DNA from: Candidatus Microgenomates bacterium
GTDB lineage: Bacteria; Patescibacteriota; Microgenomatia; JACQLA01
Direction of reading: 5' to 3'
DNA: 64,000 bases
Assembly: GCA_016204255.1 (NCBI GenBank)
Contig: JACQLA010000005.1
Location: 4,339-68,338, forward strand
Below the pieces are notes generated by a model. That model ran no database searches. It saw only the letters and a program-made list of their open reading frames with translations, and had not been told where the DNA came from. Below, in pieces: positions 52,837-62,170 of the stretch. A program made the position numbers and the translations under genes. Position 1 is the stretch's first letter, and each line of letters starts with the position of its first letter.

Positions 52837-54090
52837 TTATTCAACTTTATAAATTGGAAGATTTTTTAAGGTTTCTCTCGCTTCCTTAATCTTCCACTTA
52901 TCAGACGAATAAATTACGAATAGTATATCACCTTTGTCTATTTTTTCTCCAATTCTCCGGGCTAAAAAAATTCCTGCTTTTTTGTCTTCAGGGGAACCCA
53001 AAATTCTTCCGATGACGCTCAATTGCTTATTATCAACGCCCGTAACCTTGCCATGACGTGTTGCCTCCACCTCAAACTTATTTTCGGCCATTTTCAATTT
53101 TTCACTATAAAAATTTGGGTCGCCTCCCTGTTCATGGACAATCTCACGCATTTTTTCTAAAGCCTTTCCGCTTTCAAGTATTTTTAAGGCTGTTTCTTCT
53201 CCGCCCAACTCTTTGTCTTTAGATGAACCGAGACAAAGATCCAAAAGGGAACCCGCCAACTTTAAAGCCTTTTTCTCTAAGGCTTGGGGACGATCCGCCC
53301 GTTGTTCTAGAATTTTTAAAACATCTAAAGTTTCTAAAACCGGGCCGATTCCCTGACCGGCTGGTTCGCAAGTTTCGACAATCTCAACCCCAATTTTCAT
53401 TTTGAATTTTCGAGCTAAGTAGTAGAATTTCTGAGCGATGAGTTCGGCATCCTTTAAGTGGGTAGTTTTCATATTGGGGCCCACGGGAACATCAAAGATA
53501 ATATGATTGGAGCCGGAAGCGAGTTTTTTGGCCATGATGGAAATGATAATTTTATCAAAAGACTCAAATGCTAACGGTTCCTCAACCTGAATAATTACAT
53601 CATCAGCCGGCGCAATTCCTAAATGTCCACCCCAAACAATGCAACCGCCAATCTTATTGACTATTTTTTCTATCTGACGAGGAGTAAAGTTCACGGGCGC
53701 TAAAACTTCCATTGTGTCTGCGGTTCCTGAGGGAGTCGTGATTGCTCTAGAGGAAGTTTTGGGGATTTTAAAACCGGCGGCGGCGATAATCGGCACCAAA
53801 ATCATCGTTACTCGTGTTCCAACCACCCCCCCAATCGAATGTTTATCCGCCACAATTCCTCTAAAATGAAGCCTTTCTCCTGTTTCGGCCATAGCCCGGG
53901 TTAGGAAATAAAGTTCCTCATTCGAAAAACCTTTCTGGAAACCGGCGGCGGCAAAATAAGTGGTTAGAATCGGCCCAAGCTTTTGATTTGCAATTTCATC
54001 CATCAGAGCAAAAACTTCCCGATAATTTAAGCGTTTGCCGACTAGTTTCTTTTTAATGGCTTCAATCGCCAATGATCTTAATTCTTCCAT
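52837..54090 (-). CDS. deoA: AMP phosphorylase / thymidine phosphorylase family (archaeal type, N-terminal domain missing)
   Basis: DKHSIGGV, IPKTSSRAITTPSGTADTME, GCIVWGG, APADD. Confidence 0.88.
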   Translation of the reverse strand: MEELRSLAIEAIKKKLVGKRLNYREVFALMDEIANQKLGPILTTYFAAAGFQKGFSNEELYFLTRAMAETGERLHFRGIVADKHSIGGVVGTRVTMILVPIIAAAGFKIPKTSSRAITTPSGTADTMEVLAPVNFTPRQIEKIVNKIGGCIVWGGHLGIAPADDVIIQVEEPLAFESFDKIIISIMAKKLASGSNHIIFDVPVGPNMKTTHLKDAELIAQKFYYLARKFKMKIGVEIVETCEPAGQGIGPVLETLDVLKILEQRADRPQALEKKALKLAGSLLDLCLGSSKDKELGGEETALKILESGKALEKMREIVHEQGGDPNFYSEKLKMAENKFEVEATRHGKVTGVDNKQLSVIGRILGSPEDKKAGIFLARRIGEKIDKGDILFVIYSSDKWKIKEARETLKNLPIYKVE

Positions 54091-54097
54091 AAATTTA

Positions 54098-54472
54098 CTA
54101 TTGGGCGTCTAAGAAGCTTTGAAGAATAAGGGCGGCGGCGGCGGCATCTTCCCGACGACGTTTTTTTTGCCTGACCCCGGCCTCAATCATTTTTCGCAAC
54201 GCCTCTTTAGATGTTAATGTTTCGTCCCAAAATTCAACCGGTATTTCACAAGCTTTGGTAAGTTTTTGCCCGAACTCTTTTTGTCTAATGGCCATCTTAC
54301 CTTCACTCAGACCAATAACAATTTTTCCAATTTGTTCTCTTTGGCAAATAATTTTTATTTTTTCTCCAATATTTTTTGTATTTTCTTCAATTCCTAATGG
54401 GGTGGCTAAAAATCCTGATGAGATTGCCAACCCTATTTTTCTTTCGCCATAATCAACACCTAAAATATTCAT
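54098..54472 (-). CDS. ruvX: YqgF/RuvX pre-16S rRNA nuclease
   Basis: LGVDYGERKIGLA, WDETLTS, DAAAAALILQSFL. Confidence 0.95.
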   Translation of the reverse strand: MNILGVDYGERKIGLAISSGFLATPLGIEENTKNIGEKIKIICQREQIGKIVIGLSEGKMAIRQKEFGQKLTKACEIPVEFWDETLTSKEALRKMIEAGVRQKKRRREDAAAAALILQSFLDAQ

Positions 54473-55164
54473 AGCTTCTTAAGTCTTGCTTTAATAATTA
54501 ATCTTTTCCAGTAAGTTCCAGGAGGAGTACAGGTTACAAGATATAAATAACTGTCATCACCCCGTTGTTGTAGGGTTGAAAATTCGTCTGGATTGATAAT
54601 TTCCTGACCGAAGATTTTATAACGATATTCTACACCATCTCGATTGACCGAAATTTCATCATTTTCTTTTAAAGTATGGATGGTGGAAAAAATAGTTTTG
54701 TAGCTTTCGGGGTCAAAAAATTGCGGAAGGACTGAATGTCCAAAAACAACCGCCGTACCATATTCTCCGGGAAGAGCCGTACCACCGTAATGGATAAGGC
54801 TCTTATCCAAATCCAAACCCCCAATTAATACTTTTGCGTTTTTGATTTTTAGTTTGGGTATCGAAAGCGTATAGGCTTCACCGGAATTAGTCGCCTCATG
54901 TAAGGGAACATCTGTAAACCAATTATTGGCGTATCTTAAATTTTTACTACTGACCAATGGTTTTGAATCCGGGGCCTTACTAACTGGCAAGGGTCGAATA
55001 ATTTCAAAATTATCAAATCTTGGAGCATAAATTAAACGCCATTCCAGAAAAGGCCAAGCCAGCCATGAAAGTAAACCCAAACCAAAAAATAGGCAAGTTA
55101 GAGCAATTATTTGAAAGATAGGAGAGTGCGTCTTCCTCTTTTTAATATAAAGATATCGCTTCAT
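54469..55164 (-). CDS. Sortase
   Basis: N-terminal TM helix, LSIPKL, VFGHS, LVTCTPPG, R. Confidence 0.92.
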   Translation of the reverse strand: MKRYLYIKKRKTHSPIFQIIALTCLFFGLGLLSWLAWPFLEWRLIYAPRFDNFEIIRPLPVSKAPDSKPLVSSKNLRYANNWFTDVPLHEATNSGEAYTLSIPKLKIKNAKVLIGGLDLDKSLIHYGGTALPGEYGTAVVFGHSVLPQFFDPESYKTIFSTIHTLKENDEISVNRDGVEYRYKIFGQEIINPDEFSTLQQRGDDSYLYLVTCTPPGTYWKRLIIKARLKKL

Positions 55165-55166
55165 AA

Positions 55167-57422
55167 TTAATTGGAAGAAACTTCGATGGCGATATTTTGA
55201 GGACGGTATGGAAGAATAATGAGCCCCGCAGGTATTATTCCGGGGGTTATTTTAATATCAACATCTTTCACACCATTAATATTTTTAAGATAGTCCTTAA
55301 CGGGGGCAATTTTTTTCCCGGTAATATCCCTTTTAATTTTTTCCTGATCAACCTTTGGTGAAAGATTGGCCTCAATGATTACTTTAATTACCGCTTGCTG
55401 ATCATCCACCTTCTTAACCTCCAATATCTCCATTTTAATTTCTTCATTCCTGATCTCGTAATTTTCATTTGCCGCTTCTTGTGTATTTTTCAAAAGAATT
55501 TTCTTAAGATCATCCTTACTGTAGGCCAAACTTTTAAAATTCAGTGTTAAATCAAGATCAACATCGTTTGCCTCGTCTCCCGCTTCTTTATTAAATTTTT
55601 TCTTCACAACTTCGGAATTAACTGACGGTTCAACAATTTCTTTGTCAGAACTAATTTTTCCCCGCAAATCAGCTTTTGCTTTTTCCTCAAGTTCTTTGGT
55701 AAGCTCGCTTAAAAGTTTTTCCTGATCGCCTTTAGCAACGGTTGAAACTTTTTGGCTTGTTCCCCCGGAAAAATCATTTTCATTTTTAGCAAAATAAGAA
55801 GAAGTGGGATAATCTTTAAAAGCAAAGTTTACTCCGCCCGGCAAATTACCATCGGACCCAATATCTTTGGCGGTAACTTTGGCTTTGCTGCTGGAAAAGC
55901 TTGTTGAAAAAGCGGCGGTCGAAGCAATTGATACTTCCTCATCAAGACTAAAGGCTAAATTGCCTGAGGTCAAAACTGTTCCTTTAGAAAACTTTTTCTC
56001 GTTCTCGGTTTTATTATAGATAATCACTTCGCCTTTGGCTGGATCCCCAATTGTTTTTTGCCCCGTTGTTTGAGCCTTTTTATTACCGCTTACTTCGGCC
56101 TCAACTGTTTCCCCGGCAATTTGTCCCGAATCTTCTTTAGCACCACCTGTAGCAACGATTATTTCTGTTTCCTTTTTTAAAGATTTTTGCTCAAAAGAAA
56201 TTACTACTTTTGCCTTGACAAAATACCAATAAAAACTGCCTAAGATTCCGCCACCAATCAAACCTAAAATGGCCAGCGATAAGAAAATCAACCTGATCTC
56301 TGTAAAAAAGCCAAAATGTAAAGTGGGTAAGGAAAACTTAGGCAGAGGAATTGCGGGTATTCGAAATGAAGGTATAAAGTTAAAAGATCTTCGGGGAGCC
56401 AAACCCTCATCTTCCTCCACCAAATCCTCCTTTCTGTCCACCTTTGCCGGAAACGTCTCTTTTTCAATTAGCACTTCCTCTCCCTCTTCCTGCTGCTCAT
56501 CCATTTCCAAAACGTCTTTATCTTTGATAAAGCCCACGTTTTCTTCAACGGGCCTATCAGATTCATCTGCCAATTCTGCCTCCTCATGTTTTTGCTCTTC
56601 TTTCACCAACTGGCTTCTGGTAATCGGTCTAGCGGTGGGCTGTGACAGAAAATCGGGGCTAAAATTTGTTATCCCCATTTGGGCTCCAGAGGCGATTACT
56701 AAAGATTTAATATCTGTGTTTTTTTCCAAAATTTCGATTTTTGGCAGATGTAAAAAGGGAAGTTCTTTTGGCCAGTGGTGGGCAAGAAGATCATCTTTAA
56801 TTGTCTCTAGGTTCTTTTGGCTGTTATAGAGGATAATCCGCGAAGGCAAAACCTCAACATTGGGAATTTCCTTCAAAGCCGCTTCTATACTTTCAGCTAG
56901 GTCTTTTTCGCCATCTGGCTCAATCGATTTAATACCTTCTATCCTTCCCGCTCGCGTTAAAATCATCCGAGATTTTTTTTCGCCAAGCTCCAAAAATATA
57001 GCAGTTGGCGGAACGCCCTCAATTTGCTTAAGATAGTTAATAATCGCTTCAAAAAAGACGATAAAGCCAAGGGGTTTTAAAGAAAGTTGCTCACACAGTC
57101 TTTTTAAGTTAGGGAGATGGGGTTCGCCAATTTTATTATTACCGGCCGTCCAATCCGAAGGAATACCGAAGATAACTCTTTCAATATATTCTTGAGGAAC
57201 ATCGGCCGAGGCTCTAACTATTGCTTCATCGGCCGCCTGAATTACCTCATCCCATCCGCCGGAAACGTCTATGCTTGAAATATCAACAAGATCAATCTTC
57301 TCTTCTTTTTTTTGCCAGACAACGGCTTTTACTTCTTTCTCTTTTATCCCTAAAGCCAAGAAATAATCCGGTTTTTTATTCTGATGAGGAAAAATATTTT
57401 TAAAGAGGAAGGGCAACTTCAT
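55167..57422 (-). CDS. Bitopic protein with FtsA/actin-like N-terminal region and baseplate-J-like C-terminal region
   Basis: N-terminal beta-rich region (IFLELGEKKS), acidic linker, one TM helix, then AKGEVIIYN...VTAKDIGSDGNL...FSGG...VAKGD. Confidence 0.6.
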   Translation of the reverse strand: MKLPFLFKNIFPHQNKKPDYFLALGIKEKEVKAVVWQKKEEKIDLVDISSIDVSGGWDEVIQAADEAIVRASADVPQEYIERVIFGIPSDWTAGNNKIGEPHLPNLKRLCEQLSLKPLGFIVFFEAIINYLKQIEGVPPTAIFLELGEKKSRMILTRAGRIEGIKSIEPDGEKDLAESIEAALKEIPNVEVLPSRIILYNSQKNLETIKDDLLAHHWPKELPFLHLPKIEILEKNTDIKSLVIASGAQMGITNFSPDFLSQPTARPITRSQLVKEEQKHEEAELADESDRPVEENVGFIKDKDVLEMDEQQEEGEEVLIEKETFPAKVDRKEDLVEEDEGLAPRRSFNFIPSFRIPAIPLPKFSLPTLHFGFFTEIRLIFLSLAILGLIGGGILGSFYWYFVKAKVVISFEQKSLKKETEIIVATGGAKEDSGQIAGETVEAEVSGNKKAQTTGQKTIGDPAKGEVIIYNKTENEKKFSKGTVLTSGNLAFSLDEEVSIASTAAFSTSFSSSKAKVTAKDIGSDGNLPGGVNFAFKDYPTSSYFAKNENDFSGGTSQKVSTVAKGDQEKLLSELTKELEEKAKADLRGKISSDKEIVEPSVNSEVVKKKFNKEAGDEANDVDLDLTLNFKSLAYSKDDLKKILLKNTQEAANENYEIRNEEIKMEILEVKKVDDQQAVIKVIIEANLSPKVDQEKIKRDITGKKIAPVKDYLKNINGVKDVDIKITPGIIPAGLIILPYRPQNIAIEVSSN

Positions 57423-57424
57423 TT

Positions 57425-59308
57425 TTAAGTTAAACCGGCATAGATTCTTCTTACACCGCTACCGACTGATTGCTCTCGAGTTATTTTAAATCTTCCCAAA
57501 CTTCCTGTAAAGTCAACGTGGGGACCACCGCAAACTTCCCTGGAAAAAGAACCGATAGAATAAACTTTTACCTTCTCACCATACTTCTCTCCAAAAAAAG
57601 CCAAGGCCCCAGATTCAATCGCTTCATCATAGTTCATAATTTCCATTATAACGGGAAGGTTTTCTTTAATTTCCTTGTTCACCAGTTCCTCAACTTTTTT
57701 AATCTCTTCCTCGCTTAAGGCCTGGGGGTGAGAAAAATCGAAGCGTAACCGCTCGGAAGTAATATTACTCCCTTTTTGCTGGACATGCTCTCCCAGTATT
57801 TGCCGCAATGCGGTATGCAGAAGATGGGTAGCAGTATGATATTTTGTTACGGTTTCCGATTGGTCCGCCAAACCACCTTTGAACATTCCTTTTTCAATTT
57901 TTGACGCTTCTCTATGTTTATTCAAAGCTATTTTATATCCTTCATTAAATTTAACTATGTTAATTCCCATCTCTTGGGCCGTACCAAAAATCACGGGCTC
58001 AGGCAGCCCTTTACTTTGATGGAAATAATATGAGGCTGTCCCACTTAAGGTAGGACCTGATATCGGTGCGGACGGAAAACCTAGAGAATCTTTAAGTTCA
58101 GGATATTCAACAATTAAGTCATTTTTTGTCGCTCCGCTATCAATCTCTTTAAAAATATCTTTTAGAATTTGGATGTCTTCACTTTCGCTAACACCATAGA
58201 TTTGGATTATTACATCCTGAATCTTATTATAAGCAGTATTACCTTTAAGCTCTGGGTATTGTCCCTGGTAGATTAGATTAATTTGGCTAATAATTTCATT
58301 TACTAATTTCTGTTCTAATTGTTTGTTCTCTTGTGTAATTGCATTGGTAATTAATCGCTTAGCGACAGATCCTCTACTGTCTCGCGAAATTGGTTCAACG
58401 TTTTCCGCCAATACAAATACAGCAGCTTTTAAGTGATCTGCAATTATTCTTTGTGATCTTTCAGAATAATTATTTTTAGATTTTTTTATTTCAGTAATTA
58501 TCGGTTTAAATAAATCAGTTTCATAATCACTTTTCTTTCCATTTAAAACAGCCAGTGTCCTCTCTAAACCCATTCCTGTATCAACGTTTCTTTGAGGTAA
58601 ATCCTCTAAAGTACCATCTTCTTTTCTATTAAACTGCATAAAAACATCATTCCAAATTTCCACCCATCTGGAATCTTCATTTGGTTTACCTTCCGGTTTA
58701 CCTTCACCTGTCCAATAAAACATTTCCGTATCCGGGCCACAGGGGCCACTAGGATTTTTATATTCTCCGCTATCCTGTTCTCCCCTGGCTGTTGGCCACC
58801 AGTTATGGCTTTTGCCAAAATAAAATATTCTATCTTCCGCAATCCCTAAACTTTTCCAGACTTCAGCTGACTCTTCATCTTTTGATGCAATTTCGTCTCC
58901 GGCAAAAACGGTAACAGCCAGTTTTTCTATCGGTATTTCCAGCTCCTTTGTTAAAAACTCAAAAGATAATCTGATTGCCTCTTTTTTCCAATAATCACCA
59001 ATTGACCAGTTACCCAGCATTTCAAAAAATGTGTGATGGACTTCATCCCCGACTTCTTCGATATCATCTGTCCTTAAACATTTTTGGACATCAACTAATC
59101 TTTTACTAGGCGGTTCCTTTTGTCCGGTAAGATAGGGGATTAAAGGCTGCATTCCGGCGCTGGTAAATAAAACTTTTTCCTTACCGACTAATTGCTCTTC
59201 CCCTGAAGGAACTAAAGATGCAGAAGGAATTTCCTGATGTGGTAAATCGGGATGATTTTTAAAAAAATTAATAAATTTTTGTCTTAGTTCTTGAGCTTGA
59301 ACATTCAT
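57425..59308 (-). CDS. alaS: Alanine--tRNA ligase (short, no C-Ala domain)
   Basis: FTSAGMQP, HHTFFEMLGN, GPCGP, DTGMGLER; editing motifs HTATHLL and EVCGGPH. Confidence 0.96.
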   Translation of the reverse strand: MNVQAQELRQKFINFFKNHPDLPHQEIPSASLVPSGEEQLVGKEKVLFTSAGMQPLIPYLTGQKEPPSKRLVDVQKCLRTDDIEEVGDEVHHTFFEMLGNWSIGDYWKKEAIRLSFEFLTKELEIPIEKLAVTVFAGDEIASKDEESAEVWKSLGIAEDRIFYFGKSHNWWPTARGEQDSGEYKNPSGPCGPDTEMFYWTGEGKPEGKPNEDSRWVEIWNDVFMQFNRKEDGTLEDLPQRNVDTGMGLERTLAVLNGKKSDYETDLFKPIITEIKKSKNNYSERSQRIIADHLKAAVFVLAENVEPISRDSRGSVAKRLITNAITQENKQLEQKLVNEIISQINLIYQGQYPELKGNTAYNKIQDVIIQIYGVSESEDIQILKDIFKEIDSGATKNDLIVEYPELKDSLGFPSAPISGPTLSGTASYYFHQSKGLPEPVIFGTAQEMGINIVKFNEGYKIALNKHREASKIEKGMFKGGLADQSETVTKYHTATHLLHTALRQILGEHVQQKGSNITSERLRFDFSHPQALSEEEIKKVEELVNKEIKENLPVIMEIMNYDEAIESGALAFFGEKYGEKVKVYSIGSFSREVCGGPHVDFTGSLGRFKITREQSVGSGVRRIYAGLT

Positions 59309-59365
59309 TTTTAATTAAATGTTTAGTGTTTTAGCCATCAATTATTGCTTTGCACGAAATTAGGC

Positions 59366-59383
59366 GCCCCGAAACTTCGGGGC
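59366..59383. repeat. Intergenic palindrome in the alaS leader
   Basis: GCCCCGAAACTTCGGGGC; same family as 27409-27431. Confidence 0.75.
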
Positions 59384-59435
59384 TTCACTCAAATTATACT
59401 TTAAAATCAGGGTGGTGTAAATTTAATGAAGCTAA

Positions 59436-59633
59436 TTAAGAAAGCCTGGGGATTCCGCGGCGGGGAATGTTTTTAAAAAGATGGCGTTTTATCTCGCGGC
59501 CATGTTCTTGAATTACTTTGATATGATCCAAAGAGGCTGCTTCTAGATCAAGCAGTTTCATTAACTTTTGGATCCTCTGCCGTTGATTCATAATATTGCT
59601 TAGTTTATAGCTGTTAGGTCTTCGTTTACTCAT
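59436..59633 (-). pseudogene. 65-aa ORF at the istB position, possibly an IstB N-terminal remnant
   Basis: ATGA-coupled to istA; RQRIQKLMKLLDL resembles the IstB first helix; no Walker A/B. Confidence 0.45.
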
Positions 59634-60919
59634 ACCGCCCTCTCCCGTAAAAAACGGTCGTAGTAACTTAATGGCTTGGCGGACACCCCGTGAATAATTT
59701 TTTCATTTTCTTTCTGCTTCTTACTACTTCTTTTTACTTTAAGAGATTTTTTGTTATTTATCTTGAAATGCTCTTCTTTTTGAATCCATTTATTTCGTCC
59801 GGAAACAAGTTCATGCGTAGCAATAATTTTATTTTGAAAATAAATATCGATCTTTCCTAACCCATGATCGCTTCGTTCTTCAACGATCACTTTTTTTCTT
59901 GCAAAGTCCTCCGGTACGGAATAAGAATTACATTTATATTGAACCATCGCATATTTAGTAACGTATCGCACTGATGAAAACGAGGTTTTGTAGTGTTTAC
60001 TTGTATCTGGAAATCGCAGATGCTTTTTCTCCAGCTCGAATCGGAGGAAAGGCATCTCTCCGGTTGACCTATGAATGCGTCTGTGAACCTCTGCATCAAG
60101 CCAGTAAGATACCTTTTTATTCAGTTCTTCTAGCGAGAAGAAGTCCCTACCAAACTTCATTCCCTCCATAAAATCATTCCGGATGTTTTTTATAACAGCT
60201 TCTACTTTTCCCTTACCTCTTGGCCAATAGGGGTACGCTAACATTATCTGAAAAGCATAGTGTTTAGCAAAATCTTGAAATTCTGTATTATATATAGGCT
60301 TTAGATTGTTATTTCTGTCTCTTTTTAAAACGACAGTTTTCATATTATCGTATAAAATAACTTTCGGCGTTCCTAATTGTTCAAGTGCATGAATATGGCA
60401 ATTTAGAAAAGTTTGGAGGTTTTGTCTAACCGTGAATTCGATGTACTTCATTCTACTGTAGCCGAGGGTGTATGCAAAAGCATATAATCTTTCTGTTTTA
60501 TCCTTTATCTTAATTTTGCCAAATGATCCCCAGTCAACTTGCGCTTGTTCTCCAGGTTGTGTCTCATAACGCTTAACGAATTTTTTCTCTTTCCCTCTTT
60601 TTACGTTGGCAATCAACTTCATATATCGATATACTTCCATGTAATTCCCCTTATATCCTTCTTTTTGTAGCTCGCGATATATTTTTTTCACACGCATAAC
60701 GCCTTGACTCTTTCTTTTCTGGATAAATTGTGTGAACTCATGAAGTCTCCGAGGAATTGTAGTTAACTCTTTAACTCGATCATTGTTTTTAGAAGTTTGA
60801 GAATCCCTAATTCTGTAAATTGTCGTAAGGCTTCTATCCATATATCTTGCTATGTAAGAGATAGAATACCCATTTTTTATAAGCTCTTTTATTTTAAGAT
60901 TTTCTTGACTAGTTATCAT
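59630..60919 (-). mobile_element. istA: IS21-family transposase IstA
   Basis: N-terminal HTH, RYETQPGEQAQVDWG, LGYSR, YDNMKT, KGKVE (intact DDE), YSVP. Confidence 0.95.
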
Positions 60920-60929
60920 AAACTAGAGG

Positions 60930-60958
60930 ATTATATATCTCTAGCCTATAGCTGTCAA
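60930..60958 (-). promoter_or_regulatory. Perfect-consensus sigma70 promoter for istA
   Basis: TTGACA-17 bp-TATAAT, 10 nt before the ATG. Confidence 0.75.
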
Positions 60959-60994
60959 TATTCGTCTCCGTGCAACAGAAAAGGATATCTATGG

Positions 60995-61095
60995 TGTAAG
61001 TTTTCAAAAAAAAGTTAAACTTTTTAGCCTCAACAAAAATGTAAAATTTGTAAAATTGAGGCTAATTTTGTTTACCAAAATTTTGAAAACTTACA
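60995..61095. repeat. 101-bp imperfect palindrome with TG...CA ends (probable IS21 left end)
   Basis: TGTAAGTTTTCAAAA / TTTTGAAAACTTACA, with inner TTAGCCTCAA / TTGAGGCTAA. Confidence 0.8.
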
Positions 61096-61206
61096 AGCAT
61101 TGCCTTCAACAAAAACCTTATGAGCATAGTCGGCTAATAATCTTACTTGCTTTCTCAAGGCAGCAATCATTTCATCGCGTGAGCGGGGAATTGTCGATGA
61201 CCTCAT
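61096..61206 (-). pseudogene. 5' fragment of a gene cut at the IS end
   Basis: MRSSTIPRSRDEMIAALRKQVRLLADYAHKVFVEGNA runs directly into the TGTAAG terminus. Confidence 0.5.
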
Positions 61207-61390
61207 TTGTTGCCTTCTGTCTCCAGTTTCTTAGGAGCACGCGTAACAGTTAATCTATAGACTTTTGCTATTAAGAGGCCTGGGCGGAACGGTCCTCTTC
61301 TTCCTTCAGCTCTTTAAGGTGCTCGAGGATCCACATTCGCGTCAGCGTGTCGGATGGCTAGCTCCGCATTATACGTTCCCATTGGCAGCA

Positions 61391-61453
61391 GCCCAACGCT
61401 ATGTGGTTGAGCGGGCGCAATCTTCAGCGGTCCGCTCCAACCGCTTATTAGCC
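61391..61453 (-). other. Integron attC site
   Basis: Minus strand GGCTAAT-AAGC-GGTTGGAGCGG...CCGCTCAACC-ACATAGC-GTTGGGC, overlapping the HAD gene stop. Confidence 0.75.
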
Positions 61454-62170
61454 AGCCTCGTGCGCATCTTTTATGAGAGATGCGATTTGATTTCTGGCAT
61501 CCAGCAACGAAGCCAATACACTGAAAGCCACAGCCTGAGCCTCCGTCGACGGCGCCTTCAAATCTGGAACCATCATAGCAATCATCCCGGCCGCATTCGC
61601 CGCGAGCACACCGGCGTCTGAATCTTCCAGGGCGACGCAACGCTGAGGCAGTACACCGAGGCGACGCGCTGCTTCGAGATAAATATCGGGGGCGGGCTTT
61701 CCATTGATTACCTGATCCCCCGTAACAACCTGCCTGAATCTGCCTTCCAACCCGGCTGCTCGCAAACTAAGGGTTGCATATTCCAAATCACTTGATGTAG
61801 CGACCGCCGTAGGAGTCGTATTTTCGTCCAGAAATGATAAGAGTTCATTCAGTCCGGGTTTCGTCGGGATACCGGAGGCTTCGACATCGGCTCGCCATAA
61901 TTCAGGCCAGCGAGCACGAAATCGGGGTAATGGGAAGTCAGCGCCATAACGCTCCAAGATCACGGTCTCGCATGCAGGAATGGGCTGGCCAAGAAGAGTA
62001 AAATAGAAATCGTCCTCGAAGGTGTAGCCACACTGGGCCGCCGCGTTCTGCCACGCCCGTTTGTAGATTGACTCGGTGTCAAGCATCAGTCCGTCCATGT
62101 CGAGGACAACTGCAGACACTCTGCGTCTTGGTATCAGCACTCGTCTCTGTTTCGCTAGCAATTGCTTCAC
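61448..62170 (-). CDS. HAD-superfamily phosphatase (CbbY/beta-PGM-like; start uncertain)
   Basis: DMDGLMLDTE, ATSS, GKPAPDIY, EDSDAG. Confidence 0.93.
   Translation of the reverse strand: MKQLLAKQRRVLIPRRRVSAVVLDMDGLMLDTESIYKRAWQNAAAQCGYTFEDDFYFTLLGQPIPACETVILERYGADFPLPRFRARWPELWRADVEASGIPTKPGLNELLSFLDENTTPTAVATSSDLEYATLSLRAAGLEGRFRQVVTGDQVINGKPAPDIYLEAARRLGVLPQRCVALEDSDAGVLAANAAGMIAMMVPDLKAPSTEAQAVAFSVLASLLDARNQIASLIKDAHEAG

Noticed and set aside
56269..56829. 186-aa plus-strand ORF and the many other short antisense or alternate-frame ORFs inside housekeeping genes
   Set aside because: They lie wholly within well-supported genes and have the Ser/Phe-rich composition of antisense frames.
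61265..61640. ORFs 61265-61621 (+) and 61314-61640 (-)
   Set aside because: They overlap the HAD gene and the attC site; best explained as shadow frames in GC-rich DNA.
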